Source: Monocercomonoides exilis PA203 (Eukaryota; Protista; Preaxostyla). From it: a stretch of 64,000 nucleotides of DNA. Below the pieces are notes generated by a model. It was not told where the DNA came from. It saw nothing but the letters and a program-made list of their open reading frames with translations, and did not search any database. The stretch is from the NCBI GenBank assembly GCA_001643675.2, contig LSRY02000007.1:124001-188000 (forward strand), written 5' to 3'. The translations under genes and the position numbers were made by a program. This document shows positions 20,901-34,000 of the stretch, piece after piece (position 1 is the first letter of the stretch; every line of letters starts with the position of its first letter).

Positions 20901-23783
20901 CCACAAACTTCAGCGAATTCACTCGCTTCGAGTGGCGGAAGATGGCAAACGGAAGCTCCACCCTCAGCTGCTCCATGCCCAATTTAGCCTCTCCTTCTAT
21001 CTCTTCAAACAGAAAACGAGACTTCAGATCTCTCAATGCAACATCTGCAGCGTCTGTGTACAACGATATCATCTGAATGACGTTGTCCATGTCACACACT
21101 CTGTTCTGCGAGGTGTGGTGTGTCAGAATCCAAGGCAGCGAGTCTTCGATCGGAAACTGCGACCTCCCTCTTCTCCTCGCCCGCTCCACGTATTCCTCTC
21201 TAAACCAGAGGAAGCCCAACGAAGAGAGCTGGAGGAGAGAGGCAGAGACGCAGCGGAGCAGAGAAAAGAACTGCAAGTCGCGAAGGAAGCAGAGGAGCTC
21301 CTGCTGGTCAGAGGAGTCGAGGAGAGAAGAGGAGAAGAGAGAGCGGGAGGAGAAAGGGGAGCGAGGGGAGGAGACGAAGGAGAGCACAGAACGGAGGAGG
21401 AAGAGCTGGGTGGGGGTTGGAGGGTGGGTGAGATGAGGGGGAGAGGAGGAAGAGGAAGAGGAAGAGGAAGAGGAAGAGGATGGCTTGGAAGTATTGGAAA
21501 GTGAAGAATCAACAGAAGAAGAAGAAGAAGAGGAGGAGGATGAAGATGAATGAGTGGGAGAAATGCTGAGAGAAGAGGAAGGGAGTGAAAGAGGAGGCGG
21601 AGCAGCTGGTTGGAAAAGTGGAGCTGAAAAGGAAGGAAGCGGACGAGTTGGCACTTGTGGGACAGAACTGTCCACAAAAGCAGAAGAAGTCGTTGGCGAA
21701 AGAGAAACCTGTGGATAAGAAGAAGCATTCGAAGCATTCGAAGAGGAAGAAGAAGGAATATAAGGAGCAGGTGGTGCAAATGACCCAAAATAGTCCAAAA
21801 GAGGATCAGTAACACTTGAGCTTCTGTTATTCTGTTCATCTTCTCTTCTCCTTTCGCTTTCAGATGAGTTGTTGTTGTTGTTGTTGTTGATATCATCAGC
21901 ATCTGTTCGAGGCATTGGAATGCTTTGTGGTGGAACAGGCGAAACTAACACATCTTCTGCCTCATCCTCATCAATAAGCACAACATCATCTGTATTGTTG
22001 TTTTCTTCCTCTTCATCATCGTCATCTTCGTCATCGTCTTTATCCTCTTCCGTTTTTGAATTCCTCATTTTTTGTCTTTCTTTTGTTTTGCTCTCTGAAA
22101 TGCTTCTTTCCATTCCTCCAACAAATTCTCCTCCTTCCTCATTCCCCATCCTCCTTTCTCTCTCTCTCTCTCTCTCCCTCTCCTTCTCCTTCTCTCTCAT
22201 CTCTCTCCTCCTCCTCACCCTCGCCTTCCTCTCCTTTTTGTCCCTCACGCCCATCCCCACCTGCTGCACCACCGCCATCAGCTCTGCCCCTTCCTTCGAC
22301 CTCTTCCCACCTTTCTTCCTCACCTTCTCTGACAGCTTCTCCACCACATACAGACACAAATCTTCCACTTCTCTCATCATCACCTCGTCTGCGGCTGCTT
22401 GGAGTGCCTCTTTCTCCTTCAGCATCTGCCCCGCCAGGCTTTTGATGCACCCAACCACGACTGTCAGTGCTGAGCGCTCTTCCACACTCAGATTGTACCT
22501 TATGCACCGCTCATAATCAGACACCTCTTCTGTCTTCATCTGTTTGAAAGGCAGCCCCGCCGCCTTGTTGATCAGTGCCTCGTCATTCAGTGCTTGCACC
22601 AGCTGTTCATTGGAGGCAGAGAGAGAATATTTGGCTGCCAAGAACTCGATCAGAAAGCGCTTCATGCGGCAGAGGAGGACAAGGGCAGAGAGGGTGAGAG
22701 AGGCAGAGGCCGTGTAGATGTCGATGGAGCGGCTGTTGGATAGGGAATAGCGAATGACACGGAGGAAGACGGGCTGGCGGGAAGAGGCAGAGGAAGAGGA
22801 GGAGGAGGAAGAGGAGTAGGCAGAAGAGAAGGAGGCAGAGAAGGAAAAGGGAGAAGGGAGAAGAGACGGGAAGATGGAGAAAGAAGGAGGAGAGGAAGGA
22901 AGCAGAAGATCAGTCAGAATGGAAGAATTAGATGAATTATTATTATTATTATTTGCAGAAGAAGAAGCAGAAGAAGAAGAGGAATGTTCTGATTGAATGG
23001 AATAAGATCCGCTGGTAGAAGTGATAGAGGAAGAGAATGTTGTTGAAGGGAGAGAAGAAGAGGTACGCGGATTGGGAGGAAGAGGAGGGAAAGAGAAAGG
23101 GACATCATCAATTGGAAGGGGGAGAGGAGAAGAAGAAGAAGCAGATGAAAGATTGTTGAAGGAAGAGGAAGAAGTCAGAGAAGTTGAGGATGAGTGGAGA
23201 CTGCTGGAACGACTGGCTGGTTTGGCAAAAGAAGAAGAAGAAGCAGAAGAAGAAGAAGAAGAAGCAGATTTTGAGTTCTGCATAGCTTCCATGATGACAC
23301 TGGATGAATAAGCATAAAGAGAAGAGAAAAAGGAAGGAGAGGTGGGAGAAGTGGGAGTTTTGGGAGAGGAAGAAGGGGAAGAGGAGGAAGAGGAGGAAGA
23401 AGAGGAAGAGGAAGAAGAAGGAGAAGAAACTTGAGTCAAAGGAGAAGCATTAGAATTGTATGAAGGCAGTCCCATCAGACCTTCCTTGTCAGTCGGTGTC
23501 AGCTTTGCCGAAATGATGCGTTCTCTTTCCATTTTGATTCTCTCCTGCTCTTTCTCTCTCTCACTCACTTTCTTCCCTTTCCTCTCCCTCTCCCTCTCCT
23601 TCCGCTTGTATTCCTTGTTCTCCTTCAGCATCTGGCTGATGTACCCCAATTTTGCTGTAATTGCTGCGGTTGTCCGCTCAAATGCTGCTGCCTTCTGAAT
23701 GAGTGCACGCGCTGCTGGAAGAGGCGCCTCGTTCCAGCGAGACTGCTGCTCAGGCCAGAATTTGCACTGAGAGAGAATTACAA

Positions 23784-23826
<43 letters not shown>

Positions 23827-25659
23827 AATAGAAATATTTGAAATAGAATAAGCAATATAAAAATAAAAGAATTAAATGAAAAAAAAAAAAGAGAAATGAA
23901 TGAATGTTGAACATAAAAAATGAACATATTCAATAAAAAAAAATGCTTAATTGACAATACCATTTTCACGAATTTGAGTGTGATGAAAGTGAGTTCGTAG
24001 TACAAAGGTATTCGTGGGTGCTTGATGAGAAACCCTTTCAGCCCATCGAGATCGATCTTGAAGTCCTTCTTCAGCACACTCCCTCTCTTTTTGATGTTCC
24101 CTTTTGTTGTCTCGCTCTCCCTCACTCTCCCGCCATCCACGCTTCCTCCACCCAAATAGACTCTTTCCCTCTCAAACACCATGTTTCCTGTGCCCATCAG
24201 CTTCATCAGCCGAATCACAGACATAAACTGAAAACCCTCTTCTTCTCTCTCTCCTCCTCCTTCTCTTTCCTCTGCTGCCCCTCTGCTTCCACACCCTCTT
24301 CCTCTGCTCGCTATCTTCATCCTCTCCACCAGCGATCTTCCATTCCTCCTCTCCTCCTTCCACTCCTTCTCTGCCACCACTTCCATCCCATCCAGAAGAT
24401 ACAGACAGAGCGACGCTACTCTCAACAGCATGTGCCTTTCTGTAGGTGAAAAGGGTGTGTGACGGCGGTACAATGACAGAATTTCATTCAGAATGTTTAT
24501 AAGTGGGAGGGAAACACTGGATGAGAAGTAGAGATGGGTGGAAGATGAGCAGAGAAAAGAACAAAATGTTAATTGTTTTTATCATTTTTTTCAAATAAAA
24601 AATGCAAATTTCCGCAAATGATAAACAAAAAAAGAAAAATTACAATCAATAAATGAAAAATTCAAAAAGCAATCAAAAAGACACACCCCCAAATTGATTC
24701 CATCTTTCCTTTTATTTGATCGACAATTGAATTTGCAGATCCGAAAAACCTCTGCATATCATCCAAACTTCCTGAAAGATCAGAAGGCTCGTTTTCGCGC
24801 GTTGCAGCGATAAGACGCTTATAATAGGATATATCAGTTGTTGGAGATTCTTTTCTAGATTTTAATTCATTGAGAACAACAACTTTATCAAGAGTTTCAA
24901 TTAGTTCATATAGTAATGGTTCAGATATGATATCCTATAAAAAATAAAAGAAATAAAAGGGTTATAGAAAAAACTATTCTATGTTCAAAGTAAATGCCAC
25001 ACCGTTTCAGGATTCAAAGATGATAAAAACTCAAATATATCGACAAGAAGTGTCGAAAAATCGATTGAAAATCGAAAAAATGCAAGTAACTTGTAGAGGC
25101 GATTTTCAAGAAGTGATAGCTGTTCTTTTGTTATTCTTTTTAAAATTGTTGGCGCTATTCCTTGCTTCTTCTGAAAAAAAAAATATTTTAGCTTTCAAAA
25201 TAACTTTTAATGTAAACAAACTTCTTGAAGAGCAGAAAATGTAACAGATAAGCTTCGAAATGTATACATCATCGCAATGTAGGAATCAGCTTGCTTTCTC
25301 ATCATTGACTTGAAAGACGTTTTTTCCCCCCAGAAAATAGAAAAGAAAAGAAAACATTTGTTAAAATAAAAATTTGAAGGTAGTAAAGCGAAAGAAAGGC
25401 AAACCAACAGCATTGCTATCTCACTTTCATTTCTTTGTTGAATTTTAAATCTTTCAAAATCAATAAAATCCCAAGGATTGCAATCAAGAGGCTGATATAT
25501 ATCCTGACTTGTAATTGTGATAGCACGTTCAGCCGTATGTATTGTATGCGATGATGAAGTGAACAGCATTTTATCGATTTCATTTATATCACGATCAATT
25601 TGTGAAAACGTGTTCTGAGCAGTATTCTCATTATTCTTTTCCATGATCGTATTAACCAT
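16363..25659 (-). CDS. CYFIP: CYFIP/Sra1/PIR121 (WAVE regulatory complex subunit), multi-exon, with very large poly-Ser insertions
   Basis: Family motifs in the expected order: YIAMMYTFRSLS, VVLNELK...DISYYKR, RYNLSVEERSAL...IKSL, LWFREEY...QFPIEDSLPWILT, LYTDAADVAL..LKSRFLFEEIEGE, YGDGLIMG..LCGQ. Terminal exon runs from about 23765 to 16363; 5' exon boundaries are approximate. Confidence 0.88.
23783..23827. repeat. (TAAA)n microsatellite in a CYFIP intron
   Basis: Direct reading. Confidence 0.9.
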
Positions 25660-25685
25660 TGCAATTTTCTGTGTTTATTCAATTC

Positions 25686-27168
25686 ATGTTAAATTTATTT
25701 ATTTGCGTTTTTAACATTTATCTAACATGTTTTTGTGAAGTCGTACAACTTACAGAACAAACTTATGGTGAATTTTTAAAGAATAACAATGCTTTTGTGA
25801 GATAGTTTGTTTTTTTAAATTAATACATGTAATAATTTCTGTAATTTTTCTTTTAGCATTTCAACTGGATGCGGCCATTGCACCAGGTCAGGTCCACCAT
25901 TTCAAAAATTGGCATATAATTTTGCAAATTGTTCGGAGCGTATCAGTTTTGCAGAAGTTGACTGCGTTTCTCATCAATCCGTTTGTAAATCTGCTCAAAT
26001 ATCATCGTATCCAACTTATGTTCTACATAGAAAATTAACAAGTGATGTTGATATTTATGAAGGAGATCGAAGTGTGAAGCATATGACAAAATGGTTGAAA
26101 AAGAAGATAGGATACTTCGTTTATGAGACAAAAGCAAACATTACAGAACTCAATTGCTCTACATTCAACAAAATCGTTATGGATCCATCAGAGAATGTTT
26201 TTGTCACTTTTGTATCTGATTGGTGTCATTATTGCAAAGAATTTTTACCAATTCTTTCAGAAACATCAAAATTGTTTTATCCTGAAGATCATGTCCGCTT
26301 TGCAATTATCAATGCTGAAAAGAATGCAAAATGCCTTTATTCTTATAACATCCAATCGTATCCACAAATGAAGTTTTTCCCTGCCTACTCTTTGAATGAA
26401 ACTGATCAAAGAAAATTCGATTCAAATGAGATGAAAGGTACCAATAAAATAGTGAATTTCAAGGGGGAGCGGAGTGTCGAATACCTTACAGAATGGATTA
26501 ACAAGCAGACGGGTACTACATTTCGTTCTCCAGATGGGGTCTGGGAGGATTCCGGCATTGTTGATCATTCCATTGCCAATGCAATTACAAATGTTATCCA
26601 CTCTAAGATAGGAAAGCCAATTTCCAAATTGAAGTGCGAAAAGGTTCAGAAAGAAGTAATTGCGGACGACGACGATGATGAAGAAGATGAGGAAGCTGAA
26701 AATAATGCTGATGCAAGTGAGCATTTACACACAGGAACTGAGAACAATAAAACTTTACAAAAATCTGCAAAAACTGAAATTAATGAAGATAACCAGCAAG
26801 TTGACGAATCAAAGAAAGAAGGAAAGATGAAAAAAGAAAGAAAAGTATTGAAAGAAATTCTGGTGCCTCATGTTGAATCTTTTGATCCTCCTCCTTTTGA
26901 ACAATCGCTGAAGGAAGCAAACCATCTCATCGAAACCAAAATTCGCAATTCACCTGTTAAGGAGCATTTGTTGAGGTATCTGAATCTTTTCCTTTCTGGA
27001 GAAAGAGATTTGGACTGGTTTGCAAAAGAAAGAATGAGATTAGAATTGACATTGAAAAGCGATGGAGGCAGAAGAGCAGCGGATGACCTCAAACTCAGTT
27101 TAATAATAAGAAAGAATCTAATTTCTCTGTTTAGAGAGAGAACTGTACACAGTTGGGACCATTGCTAA
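25686..27168 (+). CDS. Protein disulfide isomerase, ERp38/P5-like (two thioredoxin domains plus ERp29-like C-terminal helix domain); one intron at about 25805-25856
   Basis: Signal peptide MLNLFICVFNIYLTCFC, VVQLTEQTY, spliced VRY|ISTGCGHC, AEVDC, ISSYPT, second site DWCHYC, IQSYPQMKFF, and C-terminal KERMRLE...IRKNLISLF. Confidence 0.88.
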
Positions 27169-27904
27169 ATGAATTAACTGTTCATGTGGAACGTCAACAT
27201 TACACTTTTTGAAACTGAAATCAACCATTGAGATCAGTTTGGGTTGAGAAAAGGAATTATTTGGGGAAATTTCGTGAAAGATAGTTTTTGGTCTTTGGAA
27301 AAGTTTTTGTGTAATATGAAAAAGGATATACGAACAATATTATTAACCTATTATTTGCTTGTGAAATCTTTTTTTATTTATATTTGGTAACGAAAAATTA
27401 TTTGCACTGCAAATTTTTCAGTTCGAGCAAATTGATATTTCATTTTTGTGAAACTAATAATTTATATTCGGAAATTACTTATTTCCGAATGCATTTCGCA
27501 AAATCTCAAAATTTACAAGATAGAATTTCAATTACTTTTGTTGAATAATTCATTCTTTTTCACAAATTTTGACATTGAAACACACACGAAAAAATGAAGA
27601 TTTAGTAAATCATTTTCAAAATTTTTCAGTTCAATCAATTATTTGTTGACTACTGTGAAGATTATCCCCTTTCTCCTTTCACTTTGTATCTCTCTTTCCC
27701 TTTCTCTCTTTCCCTCTCTCTCTCTGTCTTTTTTTTTTTTTTTTTTTTTAATTCACCGTTGCTGCGTCACACATTTATTTTTTTTTTTTATTATTTTTTT
27801 CATTGAAGATTGAAAATGCAAAATGATAGAATTGTGTGATTGAGAATTAAATGTTTAATGCATCAGATCAATAAATTTTTCCTTTCATAATGAAAAATGG
27901 ATTA

Positions 27905-30480
27905 ATGGAAAATTTTCCTAAAAAATTTGTTCCTTTGTCTTCCTGTGAAGTATTTGAATCATTAAGCTGTTCCTCGGACGAATGTTATGATTCATTTGAC
28001 GTTAAAAGTCTGTTTTAATTTTTATTGATTTTCTGTTTGATTGGACAAATTCTTGAAAAAAATAGATGTGTCAGAAGACATATGGGAAAGGTATAAAGAC
28101 ATTCTGCTCCGCTTTAGTTTCAACTTTTTTAAATCACCAGAATTTTTATGTTATGTGATACCAAAACAAAAATGAATCTTATGGGTACATCGAAGCAATT
28201 TCGCTCAATCTTAGATACAGAAGAGTTTGCATATGCATTTTTTGAATTTTTTATTAAGTTTCATTGGCGTTTGATAATTGGAAGATTCTGGCACGAAATT
28301 GTTATTGATGAGCTTCCTCGTTTGAAAGACAACATAAATTTGAATCAAAACGAATTTCTGGATCTGGATATGTACGATCCAAATAATACGGATGTTTGGA
28401 TTTTTGCTTATTTCAGAGAGAATGTACCGAACAGTCATATTTTTTAATATTTTTAAAGGAAATCTCTGATGGAACAAGATTTGGCCTGAGCGCGAAAGGT
28501 TGGAAGGATACAGTTAAATTGTACGGGACGTTTACGGAAGAGCTATTTGGGAAAAGACGAAGTATATGGAATGATATGCTCCATCTAAAAGAAGCAATAA
28601 AACATCCAAAAATCTGCCTTTGCTCATTCATAATGATGTGGATTGCTCTTGCTGTGTTTCTGATATTATTCTTTTTTGCCATCTTTTATTCAATGAATTG
28701 CATTCGGGGTCCTGTTTTCGACAAATTATCTGACGATCCGAACGTTTCCAATTTGGATGTGAACAAAGTGACGAGATCAGTGTTTTCATTCAGCCTTTCT
28801 CAGTCAAAATGGCAATTTCGTATTGCTCTCATGTTATTTGTCACTTTTACCGTTTTTCTGTACAGATTTCTTTCGAAAAAGAGAGAAGACTTAGCTTATT
28901 GGGTTTTTTATATCACAATTGGATGTTTTCTTATTGGATTGGATATCACATTGTGTCCAGGGGTTGACTACTTGGCAGATGGCTATGGATTCATATTCAA
29001 CCTGCACAATCGATTGGTTGATGGACCAGTTGTTGGTCGGCACGCAACATTCACACAAAACAAAAACTTTTCAGTCAATGAAACCATTTTTAACAGAGCC
29101 TCAGAAGACGACTCATTTGTGGAAGAGATTGTGAATCTGAGCAATGAAAGAGTAATTGTGCATATGATTATGTGGCTCATTGTATTCTTTGTATTGAGTT
29201 ATGTTCAGTCAATATGCTTTGGATTTTGGATCGGATGCAGTGGTGGTGTTTGCTGCAATGTTGTTCTCTTCACAATCATATGCTGTGGGGTTCTTGTGAC
29301 ATGGGTGCTATTCTTGGTCAATATGTGGTGTATGCAGAATGTGTTGTTAACATAGAAAAAAGAGAGAGCTTTGCTTTGATGTGAATTTGAAACTCATTGC
29401 TTTGAGAGAAAGCAATGTTATGTGTTCTTTGAAATAGTTTCTTTGCATCATTACTTTTATTGATCTTGAATTTTATTTTCTACCAATTTATTTTCTTAAT
29501 TTCTTTGCTTTTCTTTTTATGGATTGGCTTATTTATTATTTGGATCAAAATTATCTGTGACAAATGAACAAACAGATAACATTACAAACTCGTGGACAGT
29601 TATATTCATCCCACTTTTCCCAACAATAATTCTTATTAATGTTTTGATATTCAACATTCGCCCAATGAAGGATTATGAATTTTCTGCCATGTGCAGCAGA
29701 AGCATTCGTTTTGCTGGGATTGCCATTGGGTCATTTGCTGGGATTATCATCATTCTTATCCCTCTTCTGTGTCTGGATGGGATTGGAGAGTTTGATCCGC
29801 GCACTTCGAGTGGCGAGGTGTGGAAAGGGGCAGAGCGGTTCATGTCAGCTGTGGTTGTGACAGACGAGCTGATTGAGCGGGCACACAAAATGGAGAGAAA
29901 CATGATGCTGTCGATGATACCGATGATGCTGTGGTTTGTGGCTGTGCTGGTTGTGTTTTGTGTGTTGTGGTATTATGTGACTTGTAATGTGAAGAAAATG
30001 AAGCCGAAACTTGATTTGAAGAAGAAGTTGCGGGCGTGGGGAAAAATTGCACCAAAAAGGAGCATCGAAGAACAGGAAAAAGGGGCAGAGGAGTGGAGAG
30101 CACGGCGGATGGAGAGGATGCAAGAAAGGCAAATGGAAGCTGAAAAAAAGGCGAAAGTGGAGAAGAGGAAGAAGAGGAGGGAAACAAGAGAGAATGAGAA
30201 AGCAGCGAGACTTATAGAAGTTACTCAAATAGATATGAGTCTGCAAGAGCTGAGCGTGATTTTGGATGAAATAGATGAGTATTACTATAATGAAGAGGAA
30301 AAAGAAAAAGAAGCAGAAAAAGTCGAGGAAGCAGAAATGAAACGATTGGAAGAGGAAGCAAAGAAGAAGAAAATGATTAGAACATTCAGAAATAGAATAT
30401 TTGAACCACCTCTTAATCCTGTTATCCATGAAATTTGGCAGAGTATTCTGCAGCAGGGATCCTTTTCTTGGCTCCCTTGA
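27905..30480 (+). CDS. F-box-like domain plus multipass transmembrane protein, about 5 exons
   Basis: Splicing gives FDVKNVSEDIWERIFMLCDTKTKMNLMGTSKQFRSILD (F-box pattern). A 35-nt intron at 28424-28458 links the next ORF, and an acceptor near 29437 links the last ORF. Many hydrophobic segments and a charged coiled-coil tail follow. Confidence 0.7.
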
Positions 30481-31015
30481 GAAATGGTAAAGTTGAAATT
30501 TTTTCTTGTCATCATATTTTTTTGCGATGCAAATTCTTTCGTATGTAATTTTCTTTTTGACATTTTGGTTCGGTTTTTATTTGAAAATTCAGCTGTTCAT
30601 TTGTTGTTATAAATTCTTTTTTTTTGGAATTTTTATATTTTTTTTTTCTTTTTCTTTTATTTTTTTAATGATTATCAGCTTTATTTACGAGTTTTTGAGA
30701 TTTTTTGTTGATTGTCTATGTAGAACATACAATTTATGATATTTCTAAATTTGATTGGATTTATGTGTCACACAGTTACTTCAGTTTTTAATATTAGTTT
30801 TTCTTCGTCTAACAATCCTTAGGAATAGGAATTTTTTTTAATTCAGAAACGACTGCCTTTTAATAATTTCTATAATAATGAAAAGCATAATTATAGTATG
30901 AAAGCTAAATGAATTATGAATCAGACTTCAATTAAGAAAAAAAATATTTATCTAAATAATTTATTATATATAATAGTGATCATATCGAACTGTTCTTGTG
31001 CTACAAAAACTTTCA

Positions 31016-34000
31016 ATGATTCATAACTTACAATTATTGCTCAGAATTATTTTTATTGTTGTGTATACATTTGATGCATCAACATTTAGCCTGGATGTTT
31101 ATTTTAACAACACCAAATCGCATGATACAATTCGAAATAATCTTATTGAATTACAAAAAGGGAAATTCATTACAGCAGGTAGAAAATTAGAAGATGGATT
31201 ATTTTCCATTATTGGAGGACCCGATTTATCGACCGTTATCATGTCACCTTCTAAAAATTATCTATTTTCTTTATCAAACTTTTCGTTAACTTTTGATTCA
31301 GTAAAGCTTGTTGGAAACACTGTTACTTCAGTGATTGATCTTGATGCCGCTTCACTGTTAACATTGCGCGATACAACAATTGAAAATCCAATATCTAAAA
31401 CATCAACTTTTTTATCATCTGGAACCGTTAATCTTCGGAATATTTCCCTATCTTTCACTTTTGATCATGATCGCACCATTCGCTCGTTAATAGATTCAAA
31501 AGTCGAAGCAGGAAAGGCAAGCTTAACTTTCTCTGAATTTCGAGATTTGCAAGTTGTGAAAGGATCATCACTCCTGTGTTCTCCAAAATTAAGCAATTCA
31601 ATCGAAAGCTTTGTTAACTTTGAAAATATATCTCGACCTTATTGGGTGAATTCTTTCGAAACAAAGTTTTCTGTAAAATCTAGATCTTTAACACATTCAT
31701 CTCGAATGATAGGATGCGAATGTTTGAACTGCGAAGATGCTTTCTATGGAGTATGTTCAGTTGGTTCAATGGGAAACAAGTTTATTTCTGAAAACTCTTC
31801 ATTTATAAGATCATTCACTACAACAACAAATCAAAGCATAGGTTCAGCACTCCCTGTTTTTCAATCAGGAACAGTAGAATTTTTTGATTGTAACTTTTCT
31901 GCATGCCACCGAACTGCTGAGCCTGGTGGAGGTGGCATTTGCGTGAATGGTTCTTACATTACCTTCAAACTGGAGAGATGCATCTTTGAAGATTGTTATG
32001 TTGAATCAAAAGATAACAAGATTCGAGGTGGTTGTGCGTATGCTGTTTCTCCATTTGGTGATTTTGCGGTGAATAATTGCACATTTCGCAGAGGAGAAAA
32101 CAGAAAAGCGGCATATGGTTGGAGCAATTTTTCACATTCTGGGGGACTGGTGATGATGAACATGACTACATGCGTGATGAGCAACTGCTTGTTCGACAAA
32201 TGCCGCTCAGGATTAGGTGGAGCGCTGAATGTGGAACATCAAAAGGCAGGGACAGTGTTCGATACAAACAACTTCACAGAGTGCGAGGCCTACGGGATGT
32301 ACGGAGGCTGCTTCCACACTTATGGAGCACAAGGCGAGTTCAGCTTTCACAGCTGTCTGTTTCAGGGAAACAAGGCGAAGACACTTGGGGGCGCATTGGA
32401 AATGTGGAATTCAAACGGCCATGGCGCTATGAAAGTGTCGTACTGCTATTTTATTGGAAACAGGGTCGATTCGTCCATGGGAAACGATGTCTATTTGGAC
32501 TCATCGTTCAACAGAGACACAATCAGGCAGCTGTTCATGGCATCGTTTTCGACTTCTGACCGGCCGCATCTATTTTTCTGTCAAGAGTCCACAAATGACT
32601 GTCCGCGAGGCGATGAAGAGTATCAAATTCTACCTTACCCACCGTACAGAAATGTCACTGCGAAGTTTGAGGGAGGTGTGAATGAGTATTACTGCGGCAA
32701 CAACTCCTGGAACGGGATCAAGCCGACGGAAAGCCACATCAGCATTCCCAATATCAATGAAGATCTCACATACTACACCACCACATACATTGAGTGCAAG
32801 ACGATCGAGTTCTCTCTCACGCGGTGGAACCCTTTCATCAACCAGACAATTTACATCTTCGGCGACCTTTTCACAGAGAAGAACCTGTCTGTCGACTGGA
32901 AGATCATCACCATTCGCGGCGAGTCGTTCATCCAGCCCTCGCCAGGTGCTCCTGACCCAGCTGAAGATTTCTCCCTTTCTGTGCCTGCGCCTTCGCCTAT
33001 CAATTCAATCACAGCATCTGACTCAACCACCACAACCAGCCTCTTCAACGTAGACGCTGGAAAACTCCGCTTGCTGGGCGTTGCATTGATCCCAAATAGT
33101 CAACTGAATCTGTTTACAATCAACGAAAATGGGTATCTTTGTGTGCAAGGCTGTGTTGTGCAGCCTACAGTTACTTCTTTTTTGTCAAGTCTTCGCACTT
33201 CGAACATGCCATCTTCTTCTTCTGCTTCTTCTCATTTTTCTGACAAAGTCTTCCACTTTTTCGACCAGTCATCTTCATTCAGCCCGCTTTACACCTCATC
33301 CAATGCGCTCCAGGCAAAGACGCTCTTCCAGCTGTCTGGATGCACTGCCCTCATCTTCAACACAAAATTCGAAACATTCACATTCGGCGACGCTACTGCT
33401 GTGAAATGTCTGGATGTGAAGGAAGTGAGCATCACACACAACAACTTTACTTACCTCAGCCGTTCTGTCTCGTCTGGAGCTGCAATCAACGTGGAGGCCA
33501 CGACGAGTGCACTTTCGTCTGCTGCTGGAACTGCCACTGTCTCTATCGACAGCTGCTCCTTCTCTGACTGCATAACAACAGAGGCATCGAGCACAGAAGT
33601 CGGCGGGAGTGCCCTGTACATCACGCTCAGAGCGAACACTCAGTGGAAAGTGAACGGATCTTCCTTCACAAACTGCCTGGCACCTGTTGCATCTTCGCCT
33701 ACCTCGTCGCTTGCGTCAGACTCGAACGGGAGAGGAGGTGCAATGCGCTTCGTTCTGCTGGGCACGCTCTGCGACTTCGAGATCAAGACACCCACTTTCC
33801 TCGGCAACAACGCCCACCGCGGGCGGAACATCTTCGTGCGCTCTGACCAGCTGGCAGTGGACGTGCGGAACGAAACAGTCCCTTTCTTTGAACACGACCA
33901 GGCCCGCAAGTATTTCCCCCCGTCAGCCATTTTGCCTCCAGAAAGCAACTTCAACCCGAAGGAGCTGTCTGGCTCGCAGAGTGACAAGCCTGAGGCGATT

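Noticed and set aside
16425-23700. Many plus-strand poly-Glu/Lys/Arg ORFs
   Set aside because: They are antisense or alternate-frame shadows of the TCT/TCC poly-Ser tracts of CYFIP.
15088-27168. Peroxiredoxin and PDI as a redox gene cluster
   Set aside because: They are separated by an unrelated 9-kb gene and predicted to be in different compartments; no evidence of linkage.
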